A stretch of 64,000 nucleotides of DNA from Eledone cirrhosa. Taxonomy: Eukaryota. The DNA lies in the NCBI GenBank assembly GCA_964016885.1, contig OZ024740.1, positions 55,490,001 to 55,554,000 of the forward strand, written 5' to 3'. Positions 38,098-51,068 of the stretch are shown here, piece after piece. Made by a program: the position numbers and the translations under genes. The notes beneath the pieces are model-generated. The model was not told the DNA's origin, searched no databases, and saw only the letters and a program-made list of their open reading frames with translations. Positions within the stretch are counted from its first letter, which is position 1, and the number at the start of each line of letters is the position of its first letter.

Positions 38098-40678
38098 TTA
38101 CAGATATATGCTCAGAGTAGGCCCATTCACTCGGGCCATTCTTGCTTCTCTCACCCATCTTTCAACAAAATGCTGGGAAGAGAGCACTTCCCTCTCTACT
38201 CTGATTTTCCTTTTCAAATGAAATTTGAAAAAGTCAATCAGAGCATCACCGAAGAGGTAAGTGCTCGTCTTCAGCCCTTTCAAACGTGTCCACCATACTA
38301 TCTCTTTCGCCATGGCCACCAGGCAGATAAAAACTGCCTGCCCTTCCCGGCTAAAGGAGGAGGGCGGGGCAATCCTCACGATGGACTCAGATGATAGCCG
38401 CATCCGTCCTAAACGCGACAGCAGGTGTTCGACATAAACCCACAAGTCAGCAATTTTCGGACATTGGACGAGTGCGTGCAGGACGGTTTCGTCGCCCTGC
38501 GCGCATCTCGGACATGCCCGGCTGACGGCACCTACATGCCTGTAGAGTTTATCCCGAACTGGCAAGGCTCCTCGGTAGCACTGCCAGGCCAGAGATTTCT
38601 GGAAGTTGTCCATAGGCCCTGGCCCGAAAGTTCTTCCGAAGAGATTGGCTAGTTGATTTTCGTCGACGCCTAGAGTTTCCCCAAGTACGTCGTCGCTCTT
38701 CCCCTCCACTAATCCTCTATAGAACGCCGAGGTGGAGTTTCCACCGATCACATTGCCCGATTGGTCGAGGGCTGTGAGCGCCTGAAGACATTCCAGTCTC
38801 CAGGCGCTCCCTCTCGGTCTTCGCTTGACCCAGGACTGCAGCTCCGTCAAGGAAACGAGCTGGGGAAACACGCGTCTAGCAAACGGCGACCACACCTGAT
38901 CACCGTCGAGGAAGAGGTGGAGATGTCGTAGCCTGAGCGCGTGCCTGCGCATCATCAGCCACGGCATGCCCAGCCCTCCAGCGGGTGTTGACAACAGATG
39001 GACCGCCTGACCATCGGAGCGCGTCCCTTCCACAAAAAGCGAAAGAGCAAACGCTCCAGCGCAGTCAGGCGAGGCTTAGGACAAGGTACGACGGTCAGGC
39101 GGTAGCAGATGACGGACGCGATGTACGCGTTAGCCACCTCCGCTCGACCTTTCAGGGATAGCTTCCTCTCCGCCCATTTCTGGGTGAGAGAAGCCACCTG
39201 CTCGTCACCTCGTCCCAGTTTTTGTCCGTCTGGAGGTCCGGACCGAACCAGACCCCTAGCAATTTAACCGGTCCGTCCGTCCAGCGTCCGACGACGCTGT
39301 TGGACGGCATGGACCTGCCTCTCCAGGTGCCGAGCTGCAGGCCCACTGACTTTTCCTGGTTGATCATTGCTCCTGTCACCGCTTCGTATTCTCTTAGTGT
39401 AGTGCCGATCGCCTCGATGTGTTTGGCGTTCGACACCACTACGGTGACATCGTCCGCATATGCTGATACGGATCTTCCGCATCCTAGTTCGCGCGGGACC
39501 CCCCTCAACGTCTCCAGTTTGTGCAGTAATGGCTCGAGAGTCAATACGTACAAGAGAGACGAGAGGGGACATCCTTGGCGGACCGAGCGCATGATGTTGA
39601 ACGGTTCCGACAGGTGACCGTTCACTCTCACCACAGAGCAGATGTCGCAGCCTTCGTGCTTTGCATTGAAGAATTGGTCAAGGGCCAATTTCGCCGCAAG
39701 CACGTCGGTCGCAATGCCTTTGCTAAGCGCCTCGTCTAATTTTCTAACTAGTTCTCCCTCTGCTCTATTTTTCTCTATTGCTAAAGCCTTACTAAACCTA
39801 ATCGATTCTATTCTAATCGCTCTTTTCAGAGCAAACCACCACTTGTTGTTGACGATGGCCCCCGTCAACGCCCGCTTAACTAGTTCGCTAATCCGGTCTC
39901 TGTAGGCCTTGCGCGCTGGTAAGGACGCGTTTAGCTTCCAGTAGCCGGGTCCTCGTCTATGAAGCCTATCTAAGTCAAGCACACAGGTCACGAATTTGTG
40001 GTCCGTGTAGCTGACTATCTTGAATTGTGGACAGCCTATGCTAGACCTATCTATTTCCCTACAAAATACTCTATCTAGATATGATCTGGATGACCCTATG
40101 CGGTTTGTCCAAGTCCACATTGGCACATTCGGGAAATCCAATCGGTACCTGTCAGACATTTCAAAACGCCTGAGCAGGTTGGTGAGGCTCTTGCACCCTC
40201 CACCCCTATTCGCTAATCCCACACAGTCCCAGCGTGCATCTAAGATCCCGTTCCAGTCGCCCACTAATACTAAAGAGCGGGACGTTCCAAGAAAGGTCTC
40301 CAGACGCCGGAAGAAATCAGGCCGCCCTGCTCCTGTCGGGGCATAGACGGCCACTAGCCTGAAAGCTTGCCCGTCTCCGCTGGTCACGTCCAGCACCACC
40401 AGCTTACCCTCTGGGTCCAGGAAGATGGCCCGTATGGCGAGATCCAAACCTCTCCGAAAAAGCACAGCAACTCCTCCACCCGATCCAGGACGGCTGGGAG
40501 ATTCGTACACATCGTAGCCGCCGAAGATCGGTGCGAAGGCCCGTGCTTCGGAGATTCTGGTCTCGCTGATGGCCACTACATCTATGTTTAGTGACCTGAG
40601 GTCGTTGAGCAGGTGACCCTGCTTCCATGACGACCCCAAGCCACGCGCATTTATGCTGCCTATTCTGAGTGAGGTCAT
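38098..40678 (-). pseudogene. ORF2 of copy 5 with 834-bp in-frame deletion and two frameshifts
   Basis: Junction HEGC|DICS at ~39648 with GCG microhomology (58899 vs 59733 in copy 9); small deletions near 39195 and 38981. Confidence 0.9.
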
Positions 40679-40713
40679 GTTTAAAATAGAGTGGAAAAGA
40701 TGGGAAAGACCAC

Positions 40714-42810
40714 TTACCGTACTTTTTGTAGAGGAGGGATGGTTTTTACATCCCCTTTCACTTGATCGTCTGGTGAAGGGACCGTTGAATCGTCCCTTCG
40801 GCTGGTCGTCGGCTCTTCTAAGAGAATGTCTGAATATACTCTTCGATTGATGGTTCCTCCTAGGTCCCTGAAATCACCAACTGCGTTGGGGAATTTCGTT
40901 TTAATGTTTGTGTATTGTTTCTGTGCTATTTTTAGCAGTCTTATGTTAGTTGGCGTTTTGATTGGTGCTGGTATTATGTAGTCCTGTTGTGAAATGTCTG
41001 TGTGTTCAATTATGTAAGTCATTAGTTTCTTGTTGTGTGTGTTTATTGCCGTGCATTTGTTTTTCTGGGGGTGGGGTGTGGTTCTGCTATTTTCTTGTCG
41101 TTGTTGCTGGGTGTGTGTGTTTTGTTGTTGTGTTTGCGATGTTGGTGCTTGTGGTGGTGGTGTTGAAGGTGTTGTTGGCGGTGGGGTTGTCGCCGGTGGT
41201 GATGGTGGTGCTGGTGTGGGTGGTGATGGTGTTGGTGGTGTTGCTGCTGTGGGTCTCTTTGCAGTAGACTTTACCCTTTTCTCATTTCTTTCCTCCCTTT
41301 TCAAAGGCGACGATGCGCTGCTTCTGCGTTTGTGCCTTCTTGCGACCTTTTGCCATCCCTCTCCCACCTCACACTCCATGTCTGATTCTGTAAGGTCGGG
41401 GAGGGGTACCAGCTCCACTCTTTCACTTGTTGTTGTTGGTGATGTTTGCACTGGAGTCTCTGTTGCAGCTGCATTTGGTATTGCTGTTGTTGTTGTTAAT
41501 ATTTCCACTGCTGCTGCTGTCTTTGATTTCCGTGGAGTGGGTATGGGTGCCACGGACCTATCGTTCCTGGTTGCCGCTTGTCCTGTTGCTGGTAGCCGTG
41601 GAGCCGGATTCGGAAGGAGGGGGGTTTTCTCCTTTCTCAGGGTCTTCTCGTTGCAGAAGGCCCTGAGGTGAGTCTTCGATCCACAGCGAAAGCATTTCGG
41701 GCGTTTGCCCTCAACACTTATGGGCAGTTGAGTGCCGTTATCGAAGTCTATCACATCCGGGATAGCTTCGATGCACTCCTGGTTGGTTTGGATTAGCATC
41801 TCAATGGAGGAGCCGACCCAATCTTCTCTTACTTTTTTCTGTACTTGCAGTACAGTTGTTTTGTCCTCGATTCCGACGAGGACAGACGCGGCCAGCCAAG
41901 AAGGGGTCATTCCGGGGGGGACGTGGGTCAGTTTGACCCTCACAATTTTTTGCCCGCAGTAGGAGGGCACCAACACCATTTCCTCGCTCCTTAGGGTCAC
42001 TACTGATTGGGCCTTTGCCTCCTGGGGTGTGGCAAAAAGTACGTCTACGGTGGCGTATTTTTTGCCTCGGGTGATGTGCGTTTTCCTCTGCCACACAGAC
42101 CCCAAGGCTTTTTGTATTTGGGCCTCTGTGGCTCTTTCCACCCTACGGGATTTTGTACTTACTGTACGGTACGTGACCGTACAGTGCTCTTGGGTTTCGA
42201 AAAAATTTTTCGCTGCCTTGCAGATTGCTCGGTGTCCGTTCTTTGTCACCATCTTCTTCGCTTCCTCTAATTCCTCATTTGTTATGAGGATTGTTTCCAA
42301 GTTTTTCGCAATACCTGCAAATGAGATTGGTTTTTCTCTGCTGTTGTTGTTGTCGTCAGAGCTGCTGGTACTTTTGTTGTTGCTGCAGGTACTACGACTA
42401 CTGCCTCCGCCGCTGTTGCTGTGGTTGTTGTTGGTGTTGCTGCTGCTAATGCTGTTGTTGTTTATGCTGCTGGTGATGCTGTTGCGGCTGCTACTGTTGT
42501 TTTCATTGTCACTGTTGCTGTTGTTATTACGGCTGCTACTGCTATTATTCCTGACGTCAGACGAATGAACTGGGTTTTCGTATTTCCCGCACACCTGTTT
42601 CGTCGCTGTCGTCGTCGTCGTGGAGAAACCTTGCACGCTTTGCACGAGACTTTTCTTTTCTTTCGTCGCTTGCGAAAGAGAAGGGAGGGAGAGAGACACA
42701 TTTAAAGAAGGGAGGGAGAGAGACAATCTTCTCTCTGCTGTAGTGATGATTGAGGAAGAAGAAGACGGAATGAGTGGGAGTGACGTATGAAATTTCTTTT
42801 TCGTAGCCAT
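40714..42810 (-). CDS. ORF1p, 698 aa gag-like nucleic-acid-binding protein of Tx1-like LINE
   Basis: Open frame; N/S-rich N-terminus, SFAG motif, zinc knuckle CFRCGSKTHLRAFC, P/T-rich linker. Confidence 0.9.
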   Translation of the reverse strand: MATKKKFHTSLPLIPSSSSSIITTAERRLSLSLPSLNVSLSLPSLSQATKEKKSLVQSVQGFSTTTTTATKQVCGKYENPVHSSDVRNNSSSSRNNNSNSDNENNSSSRNSITSSINNNSISSSNTNNNHSNSGGGSSRSTCSNNKSTSSSDDNNNSREKPISFAGIAKNLETILITNEELEEAKKMVTKNGHRAICKAAKNFFETQEHCTVTYRTVSTKSRRVERATEAQIQKALGSVWQRKTHITRGKKYATVDVLFATPQEAKAQSVVTLRSEEMVLVPSYCGQKIVRVKLTHVPPGMTPSWLAASVLVGIEDKTTVLQVQKKVREDWVGSSIEMLIQTNQECIEAIPDVIDFDNGTQLPISVEGKRPKCFRCGSKTHLRAFCNEKTLRKEKTPLLPNPAPRLPATGQAATRNDRSVAPIPTPRKSKTAAAVEILTTTTAIPNAAATETPVQTSPTTTSERVELVPLPDLTESDMECEVGEGWQKVARRHKRRSSASSPLKREERNEKRVKSTAKRPTAATPPTPSPPTPAPPSPPATTPPPTTPSTPPPQAPTSQTQQQNTHTQQQRQENSRTTPHPQKNKCTAINTHNKKLMTYIIEHTDISQQDYIIPAPIKTPTNIRLLKIAQKQYTNIKTKFPNAVGDFRDLGGTINRRVYSDILLEEPTTSRRDDSTVPSPDDQVKGDVKTIPPLQKVR

Positions 42811-43025
42811 GTTGTTTTTTGTTTAAAATGAAATTTTGGGTACAAAACCCCAATAACTGGTTATTTAACCCCGAAGGGCCAAATAACGGACAGAAAGACC
42901 CCTCTCACGAGGAGGAGGGTGTCTTTATCAACAATTTGGTTCAAGTTTTAAACAATTTACAATTGTTTTAACGGTTAAAAATTACTATACCTTACAGAGC
43001 CGAGCCTCCGTCAACCATGGCATTC

Positions 43026-43055
<30 letters not shown>

Positions 43056-43056
<1 letters not shown>

Positions 43057-46000
43057 CTTTCTTTATTAACCACAAGGGTCTACATAAAGTAGACATTAAG
43101 GACTGTACAGGACAATACAGGGCGGTACAAATGGGCATTTCTGCGTGTAGAAAACAAGAAACAGAGGATGTAATAATAGAACAATGAAAAAATTCCCCAA
43201 CGGGGGGGGGGAGACTTCCGAGAGACATTCGTGGAGAAAGCCCACTAAAAAGCCACAGTAACCCTTACCACCAGAGCAAGTGCCCTCTCCCAGTTTTCCA
43301 CCTTTAATTTACAGACACATACTCACTCGGGCCATTCTTGCCTCTTTCACCCATCTTTCAACAAAATGCTGGGAAGAGAGCACTTCCCTTTCTACCCTGA
43401 TTTTCCTTTTTAAATGAAATTTGAAAAAGTTAATCAGGGCATCACCGAAGAAGGAGGTGCTCGTCTTCAGCCCTTTCAAATGTGTCCACCATACTATCTC
43501 TTTCGCCATGGCCACTAGACAGATAAAAACTGCATGCTCTTCCCGGCTAAAGGAAGAGGGCGAGGCAATCCTCACAATGGACTCAGCTGGTAGCTAGATC
43601 CGTCCTACACGCGACAGAAGGTGTTCGACATAAACCCACAAGTCAGCAATGCTCGGACACTGGACGAGTGCGTGCAGGATGGTTTCGTCGTCCCGCGCGC
43701 ATCTCGAACATGCCCGGCTGACGGCACCTCTATGCCTGTAGAGTTTATCCCGAACTGGCAAAGCTCCTCGGTAGCACTGCCAGGCAGGGATTTCTGGCAG
43801 TTGTCCTTAGGCCCCGGCCCGAAAGTCCTTCCGAAGAGATTGGCTAGTTGATTTTCATCGACGCCTAGAGTTTCACCAAGTACGTCGCCGCTCTTCCTCT
43901 CCACTAATCCTCTATAGAACGCCAAGGTGGAGTTTCCACCGATCACATTGCTCCTGACCATCGGAGCGCGTCCCCTCCACAAAAAGCGAAAGAGAAAACC
44001 CTCCAGAGCAGTCAAGCGGGGCTTAGGACAAGGTACGACGGTCAGGCGGTAGTAGATTATGGACGCGATGTACGCGTTAGCCACCTCCGCTCGACCTTTC
44101 AGGGATAGCTTCCTCTCCGCCCATTTCTGTGTGAGAGAAGCCACCCTGCTCGTCACCTCGTCCCAATTTTTGTCCGTCTGGAGGTGCGGACCTAACCAGA
44201 CCCCTAGCAATTTAACCGGTCCGTCCGTCCAGCACCCGCCGATGCTGTTGGACGGCATGGACCTGCCTCTCCAGGTGCCGAGCTGCAGGCCCACTGACTT
44301 TTCCTGGTTGATCATTGCTCCTGTCACCGCTTCGTATTCTCTTAGTGTAGTGCCGATCGCCTCGATGTGTTTGGCATTCGACACCACTACGGTGACATCG
44401 TCCGCATATGCTGACACCACCAACGACAAGCGCCAACCTATTTGCTAGCACCTTGGCCAAAATCTTGAACTCTGTGTTCAGCAGAGTTATGGGCCTGAAA
44501 TTATCTATGTTATCCCTCTTGTTCGAATCCTTTCTCAGCAGTACCACATCTCCTCGACTGAAAGAGCTGGGAGTTCTACCGTTCTGTTGCCAGTTGCAGT
44601 AGACGTCCGCCAAGAGGCCTCCGAACAAGTCTGGAATCTCTACGTAAAGTTCATAGGGCAGACCGTCCAAACCAGGTGATTTACCCCTTGTGCAGCCAGT
44701 CATTGCCTCCCGTACTTCAGCGGCTGCTATCGGCTTTTCGCAACACTCCGCCTCAGTGGCCGAGAGTCGCGGCATCCGTCGAGGTAGACACTAAAGTCTA
44801 TCCCTCGACCCGGCCCACCGCTGTCCACGAACAGCTGTGCGAAGTGTCGCTGAAAAGCTATAACACATTTACCCGGGATCGAGTAGCATGAGCCCGTCGT
44901 GGTCCACCAAAGACCGGATCGTGGCTTTGTTGCCACGACACGGCTCCGCCACTCGGGCCCATTGAACGGCTTTCGTCCCCTCGTGTCTGAGAGCACGCAC
45001 CCTAGCTCTGACAACACAGCTTTCGTGCTTTGCATTGAAGAATTGGTCAAGGGCCAATTTCGCCGCAAGCACGTCGGTCGCAATGCCTTTGCTAAGCGCC
45101 TCGTCTAATTTTCTAACTAGTTCTCCCTCTGCTCTCTTTTTCTCTATTGCTAAAGCCTTACTAAACCTAATGGACTCTATTCTAATCGCTCTTTTCAGAG
45201 CAAACCACCACTTGTTGTTGACGATGGCCCCCGTCAACGCCCGCTTAACTAGTTCGCTATTCCGGTCTCTGTAGGCCTTGCGCGCTGGTAAGGACGCGTT
45301 TAGCTTCCAGTAGCCGGGTCCTCGTCTATGAAGCCTATCTAAATCAAGCACACATATCACGAACATGTGGTCCGTCTAGCTGACTATCTTGTATTGTGGA
45401 CAGCCTATGCTAGACCTATCTATTTCCCTACAAAATACTCTATCTAGATATGATCTGGATGACCCTATGCGATTTGTCCAAGTCCACATTGGCACATTCG
45501 AGAAATCCAATCGGTAACTGTCAGACAGTTCAAAACGCCTGAGCAGGTTGGTGAGGCTCTTGCACCCTCCTCCCCTATCCGCTAATCCAACACAGTCCCA
45601 GCGTACATCTAAGATCCCGTTCCAGTCGCCCACTAACACTAAAGTGCGGGACGTTTCAAGAAAGGTCTCCAGACGCCGGAAGAAGTCAGGCCACCCTGCT
45701 CCTGTCGTGGCATAGACGGCCACTAGCCTGAAAGCTTGCCCGTCTCCGCTGGTCACGTCCAGCACCACCAACTTAGCCTCTGGCTCCAGGAAGATGGCCC
45801 GTATGGCGAGATGCAAACTTCTCCGAAAAAGCACAGCAACTCTCCCCCGATCCCGGACGCTTGGGAGATGCGTACACATCGTAGCCGCCGAAGATCGGTG
45901 CGAAGGCCCGTGCTTCGCAGATTCTAGTCTCGCTGATGGCCACTACATCTATGTTTAGTGACCTGAGGTCGTTGAGCAGGTGGCCCTGCTTCCATGACGA

Positions 46001-47916
46001 TCCCAAGCCACGCACATTTATGCTGTCTATTCTGAGTGAGGTCATGTTGAAATGGAGTGGACGCGATGGGAAAGACCACTTACCGTACTTTTCGTAGAGG
46101 AAGGATGGTTTCTCCATCCCTTTTCACTTGATCGTCTGGTGAAGGGACCGTTGAATCGTCCCTTCGGCTGGTCGTCGGCTCTTCTATGAGTATGTCCGAA
46201 TATACTCTTCGGTTGAGAGTCCCTCCTAGGTCTTTGAAATCACCAACTCCGTTGGGTAATTTCGTTTTAATGTTTGTGTATTGTTTCTGTGCTATTTTTA
46301 CCAGTCTTATGTTCGTTGGCGTTTTGATTGGTGCTGGAATTGTGTAGTCGTGCTGTGAAATGTCTGTGTGTTCAATTATGTAAGTCATTAGTTTCTTGTT
46401 GTGTGTATTTATTGCCGTACATTTGTTTTTCTGGGGGTGGGGTGTGATTCTGCTATTTTCTTGTCGTTTTTGCTGCGTGTGTGTTTGTTGTTGTGTTTGC
46501 GATGTTGGTGCTTGTGGTGGTGGTGTTGAAGGTGTTGTTGTTGTTGGCGGTGGGGTTGTCGCCGGTGATGATGATGGTGCTAGTGTGGGTGGTGATGGTG
46601 TTGGTGGTGTTGCTGCTGTGAGTCTCTTTGCAGTAGCCTTTACCCTTTTTTCATTTCTTTCCTCCATTTTCGAAGGCGTCGATGCGCTTCTTCTGCGTTT
46701 GTGCCTTCTTGCGACCTTTTGCCATCCCTCTCCCACCTCACACTCCATGTCTGATTCTGTGAGGTCGGGGAGGGGTACCAGCTACACTCTTTCACTTGTT
46801 GTTGTTGGTGATGTTTGCAGTGGAGTCTCTGTTGGAGCTGCAGTTGGTATTACTGTTGTTGTTGTTAATACTTCGACTGCTGCTGCTGTTTTTGATTTCC
46901 GTGCGTGGGTATGGGTGCCACGGACCTATCGTTCCTGGTTGCCGCTTGTCCTATTGCTGGTAGCAGTAGAGCCGGTTTCGGAAGGAGGGGGGTTTTCTCC
47001 TTTCTCAGGGTCTTCTCGTTGCAGAAGGCACTGAGGTGAGTCTTCGATCCACAGCGAAAGCATTTCGGGCATTTGCCCTCAACACTTATGGGCAGTTGAG
47101 TGCCGTTATCGAAGTCTATCACATTCGGGATAGCTTCGATGCACTCCTGGTTGGTTTGGATTAAATATCTCAATTGAGGTGCCGACCCAATCTTCTCTTA
47201 CTCTTTTCTGTACTTGCAGTACAGTTGTTTTGTCCTCGATTCCGACGAGGACAGACGCGGCCAGCCAAGAAGGGGCCATTCCGGGGGGGGTGGGTCAGTT
47301 TGACTCTCACAATTGTTGTTGTTGTTGTTGCTGCTGCTAATGCTGTTGTTGTTTATGCTGCTGCTGATGCTGTTGCGGCTGCTACTGTTGTTTTCCTTGT
47401 CACTGTTGCTGTTGTTATTACGGCTGCTACTGCTATTATTCAGACGAATGAAATGGGTTTTCGTATTTACCGCACACCCTTTTCGTCGTTGTCGTCGTCG
47501 GGGAGAAATGTTCCATGCTTTGCACGTGATTTTGGAAGCTATTTTTCTTTACTGGCGTCGCTTGCGAAAGAGAAGGGAGGGAGAGAGACACATTTAGAGA
47601 AGGGAGGGAGAGAGACAATCTTCTCTCTGCTGTAGTGACGATTGAGGAAGAAGAAGACGGAATGAGTGGGAGTGACTTGTGAAAATTCTTTTTCCTAGCC
47701 ATGTTTTTGGGGGGTTTAAAATGAATATTGGGCACAAAACCACAATAAGCGGCTATTTAACCCTGAAGGGCCAAATAACAGGCAGTAAGACCCTCTCACG
47801 AGGAGGAGGTTGTTTTTGTCTACAATTTGGTTAAAGTTTTAAACAATTTACAATTGTTATAGCTGTCAAAATTTACTATACCTTACAGGGCTGAGCCTCC
47901 GTCAACCATGGCATTC
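43056..47916 (-). mobile_element. L1/Tx1-clade LINE copy 6 (family A, MARKKNF 5' variant), several internal deletions
   Basis: ORF1 pieces 46080-47702 and ORF2 pieces 43309-46045; both termini present; (AAT)n both sides. Confidence 0.92.
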
Positions 47917-47955
<39 letters not shown>

Positions 47956-47956
<1 letters not shown>

Positions 47957-50900
47957 CTTTCTTTATTAACCACAAGGGTCTACATAAAGTAGACATTAAG
48001 GACTGTACAGGACAATACAGGGCGGTACAAATGGGCATTTCTGCGTGTAGAAAACAAGAAACAGAGGATGTAATGATAGAACAATGAAAAAATTCCCCAA
48101 CGGGGGGGGGGGGGAGACTTCCGAGAGACATTCGTGGAGAAAGCCCACTAAAAAGCCACAGTAACCCTTACCACCAGAGCAAGTGCCCTCTCCCAGTTTT
48201 CCACCTTTAAATTACAGACACATACTCAGAGTAGGCCCATTCACTCGGGCCATTCTTGACTCCCTCACCGATTTTTCAACAAAATGCTGGGAAGAGAGCA
48301 CTTCCCTTTCTACCCTGATTTTCCTTTTTAAATGAGATTTGAAAAAGTTAATCAGGGCATCACCGAAGAGGTAAGTGCTCGTCTTCAGCCCTTTCAAACG
48401 TGTCCACCATTCTATCTCTTTCGCCATGGCCACCAGACAGATAAAAACTGCCCTTCCCGGCTAAAGGAAGAGGGCGGGGCAATCCTCACGATGGACTCAG
48501 CTGATAGCTGGATCCGTCCTACACGTGACAGCAGGTGTTCGACATAAACCCACAAGTCAGCAATGCTCGGACACTGGACGAGTGCGTGCAGGATGGTTTC
48601 GTCGTCCTGCGCGCATCTCCGACATGCCCGACTGACGGCACCTCCATGCTTGTAGAGTTTATCCCGAACTGGCAAAGCTCCCCGGTAGCACTGCCAGGCC
48701 AGGGATTTATGGAAGTTCTCCATAGGCTCCGGCCCGAAAGTTCTTCCGTAGAGATTGGCTAGTTGATTTTCGTCGACGCCTAGAGTTTCTCCAAGTACGT
48801 CGTCGCTCGTCCCCTTAACTAATCCTCTATAGAACGCCAAGGTGGAGTTTCTACCGATCACATTGCCCGATTGGTCGAGGGCTGTGAGCGCCTGAAGACA
48901 TTCCAGTCTCCAAGCGCTCCCTCTGGGTCTTCGCTTGACATAGGACTTCAGCTCCGTCAAGGAGACGAGCTGGGGAAAGACGCGTCTAGCAAATAGAGAC
49001 CACACCTGATCACCGTCGAGGAAGAGGTGGAGATGTCGTAGCCTGAGCGCGTGTCTGCGCATCATCAGCCACGGCATTCCCAGCCCTCCACGTAATGGGT
49101 GTTGACAGCAGATGGACCGCCTGACCATCGGAGCGCGTCCCTTCCACAAAAAGCGAAAGAGCAAAGGCTCCATCGCAGTCAGGTGGGGCTTAGGACAAAG
49201 TACGACGGTCAGGCGGTAGTAGATGACGGACGCGATATACGCGTTAGCAACCTCCGCTCGACCTTTCAAGGATAGCTTCCTCTCCGCCCATTTCTGGGTG
49301 AGAGAAGCCACCCTGCTCGTCACCTCGTCCTAGGTTTTGTCCGTCTGGAGGTCCGGACCGAACCAGACCCCTAGCAATTTAACTGGTCCGTCTGTGCAGC
49401 GCCCGACGATGCTGTTGGACGGCATGGACCTGCCTCTTCAGGTGCCGAGCTGCAGGCCCACTGATATTTCCTGGTTGATCATTGCTACTGTCACCACTTC
49501 GTATTCTCTTACTGTAGTGTTCGACACCACTACGGTGACATCGTCCGCATATGCTGACACGTATCTTCCGCATCCTAGTTCGCGCGGGATGCCCCTCAAC
49601 GTCTTCAATACCTACAAGAGGGACGAGAGGGGACATCCTATGGTGGACCGAGCGCATGATGTTGAACGGTTCCGAAAGGTAACCGTTCACTCTCACCACA
49701 GAGCAGATGTCGCTGTTCATGGCAGCGACCCAGCCTCTGAAGACGGGCCCAAAGTCAGCCGCCCTCAGGACTGCCGCTAGGTAACCATGGTCGACCCTAT
49801 CGAAAGCTTTCGACTGATCTAAATTGATCAAGGACCCACCCGTGCCACGTTCCCTAGCTACCCTCTCTACGATGTATCGCATGAGGTGGAGATTGTCGTG
49901 GATGGATCTGTCGGGAATGGCGCATGTTTGCGCCTCTCCCACCAGACCACCAACCACAAGCGGCAACCTCTTTGCTAGCACCTTGGCCTAAATCTTGAAC
50001 TGTGTGTTTAGCAGAGTTATGGGCCTGAAATTATCTATGTTATCCCCCTTTTTCGGATCCTTTCTCAGCAGCGCCACAGCTCTTCGGCTCACAGAGCTGG
50101 AAATTCTCCCGTTTTGTTGCCAGTTGCAGTAGACGTCCGCCAAGAGGCCTCCGAACAAGTCTGGCATCTGTACGTAAAGTTCATAGGGCAGACCATCCAA
50201 ACCAGGCGATTTACCCCTTGTGCAGCCAATCATTGCCTCCTGTACTTCAGCGGCTGTTATCGGCTTTTCGCAACACTCCGCCTCAGTGGCCGAGAGCCGC
50301 GATGCCTTTGCTAAGCGCCTCGTCTTATTTTCTAACTAATTCTCCCTCTGCTCTATTTTTCTCTATTGCTAAATCCTTACTAAACCTAATGGACTCTATT
50401 CTAATCGCTCTTTTCAGAGCAAACCACCACTTGTTGTTGACGATGGCCCCTGTCAACGCTCGCTTTACTAGTTCGCTTATCCGGTCTCTGTAGGCCTTGC
50501 GCGCTGGTAAGGACGCGTTTAGCTTCCAGTAGCCGGGTCCTCGTCTATGAAGCCTATCTAAGTCAAGCACACAGATCACGAATTTGTGGTCCGTGTAGCT
50601 GACTATCTTGAATTGTGGACAGCCTATGCTAGACCTATCTATTTCCCTACAAAATACACTATCTAGATATGATCTGGATGACCCTATGCGATTTGTCCAA
50701 GTTCACATTGGCACATTCGGGAAATCCAATCGGTACCTGTCAGACAGTTCAAAACGCCTGAGCAGGTTGGTGAGACTCTTGCACCCTCCTCCCCTATCCA
50801 CTAATCCCACACAGTCCCAGCATGCATCTAAGATCCCGTTCCAGTCGCCCACTAACACTAAAGAGTGGGACGTTCCAAGAAAGGTCTCCAGACGCCTGAA

Positions 50901-51068
50901 GAAATCAGGCCGCCCTGCTCCTGTCGGGGCATAGACGGCCACTAGCCTGAAAGCTTGCCCGTCTCCGCTGGTTACGTCTAGCACCACCAACTTACCTTCT
51001 GGGTCCAGGAAGATGGCCCGTATGGCGAGATCCAAACCTCTCCGAAAAAGCACAGCAACTCCGATCCA
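47956..51068 (-). mobile_element. L1/Tx1-clade LINE copy 7 (family A), 5'-truncated within EN, decayed
   Basis: ORF2 pieces 48212-51053; 3'UTR nearly the same as copy 6. Confidence 0.92.

Larger units (their letters stand above)
37835..43025 (-). mobile_element. L1/Tx1-clade LINE copy 5 (family A); ORF1 intact, ORF2 deleted and frameshifted
   Basis: Near-identical inverted copy of 55520-61549; (AAT)n both sides. Confidence 0.95.
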
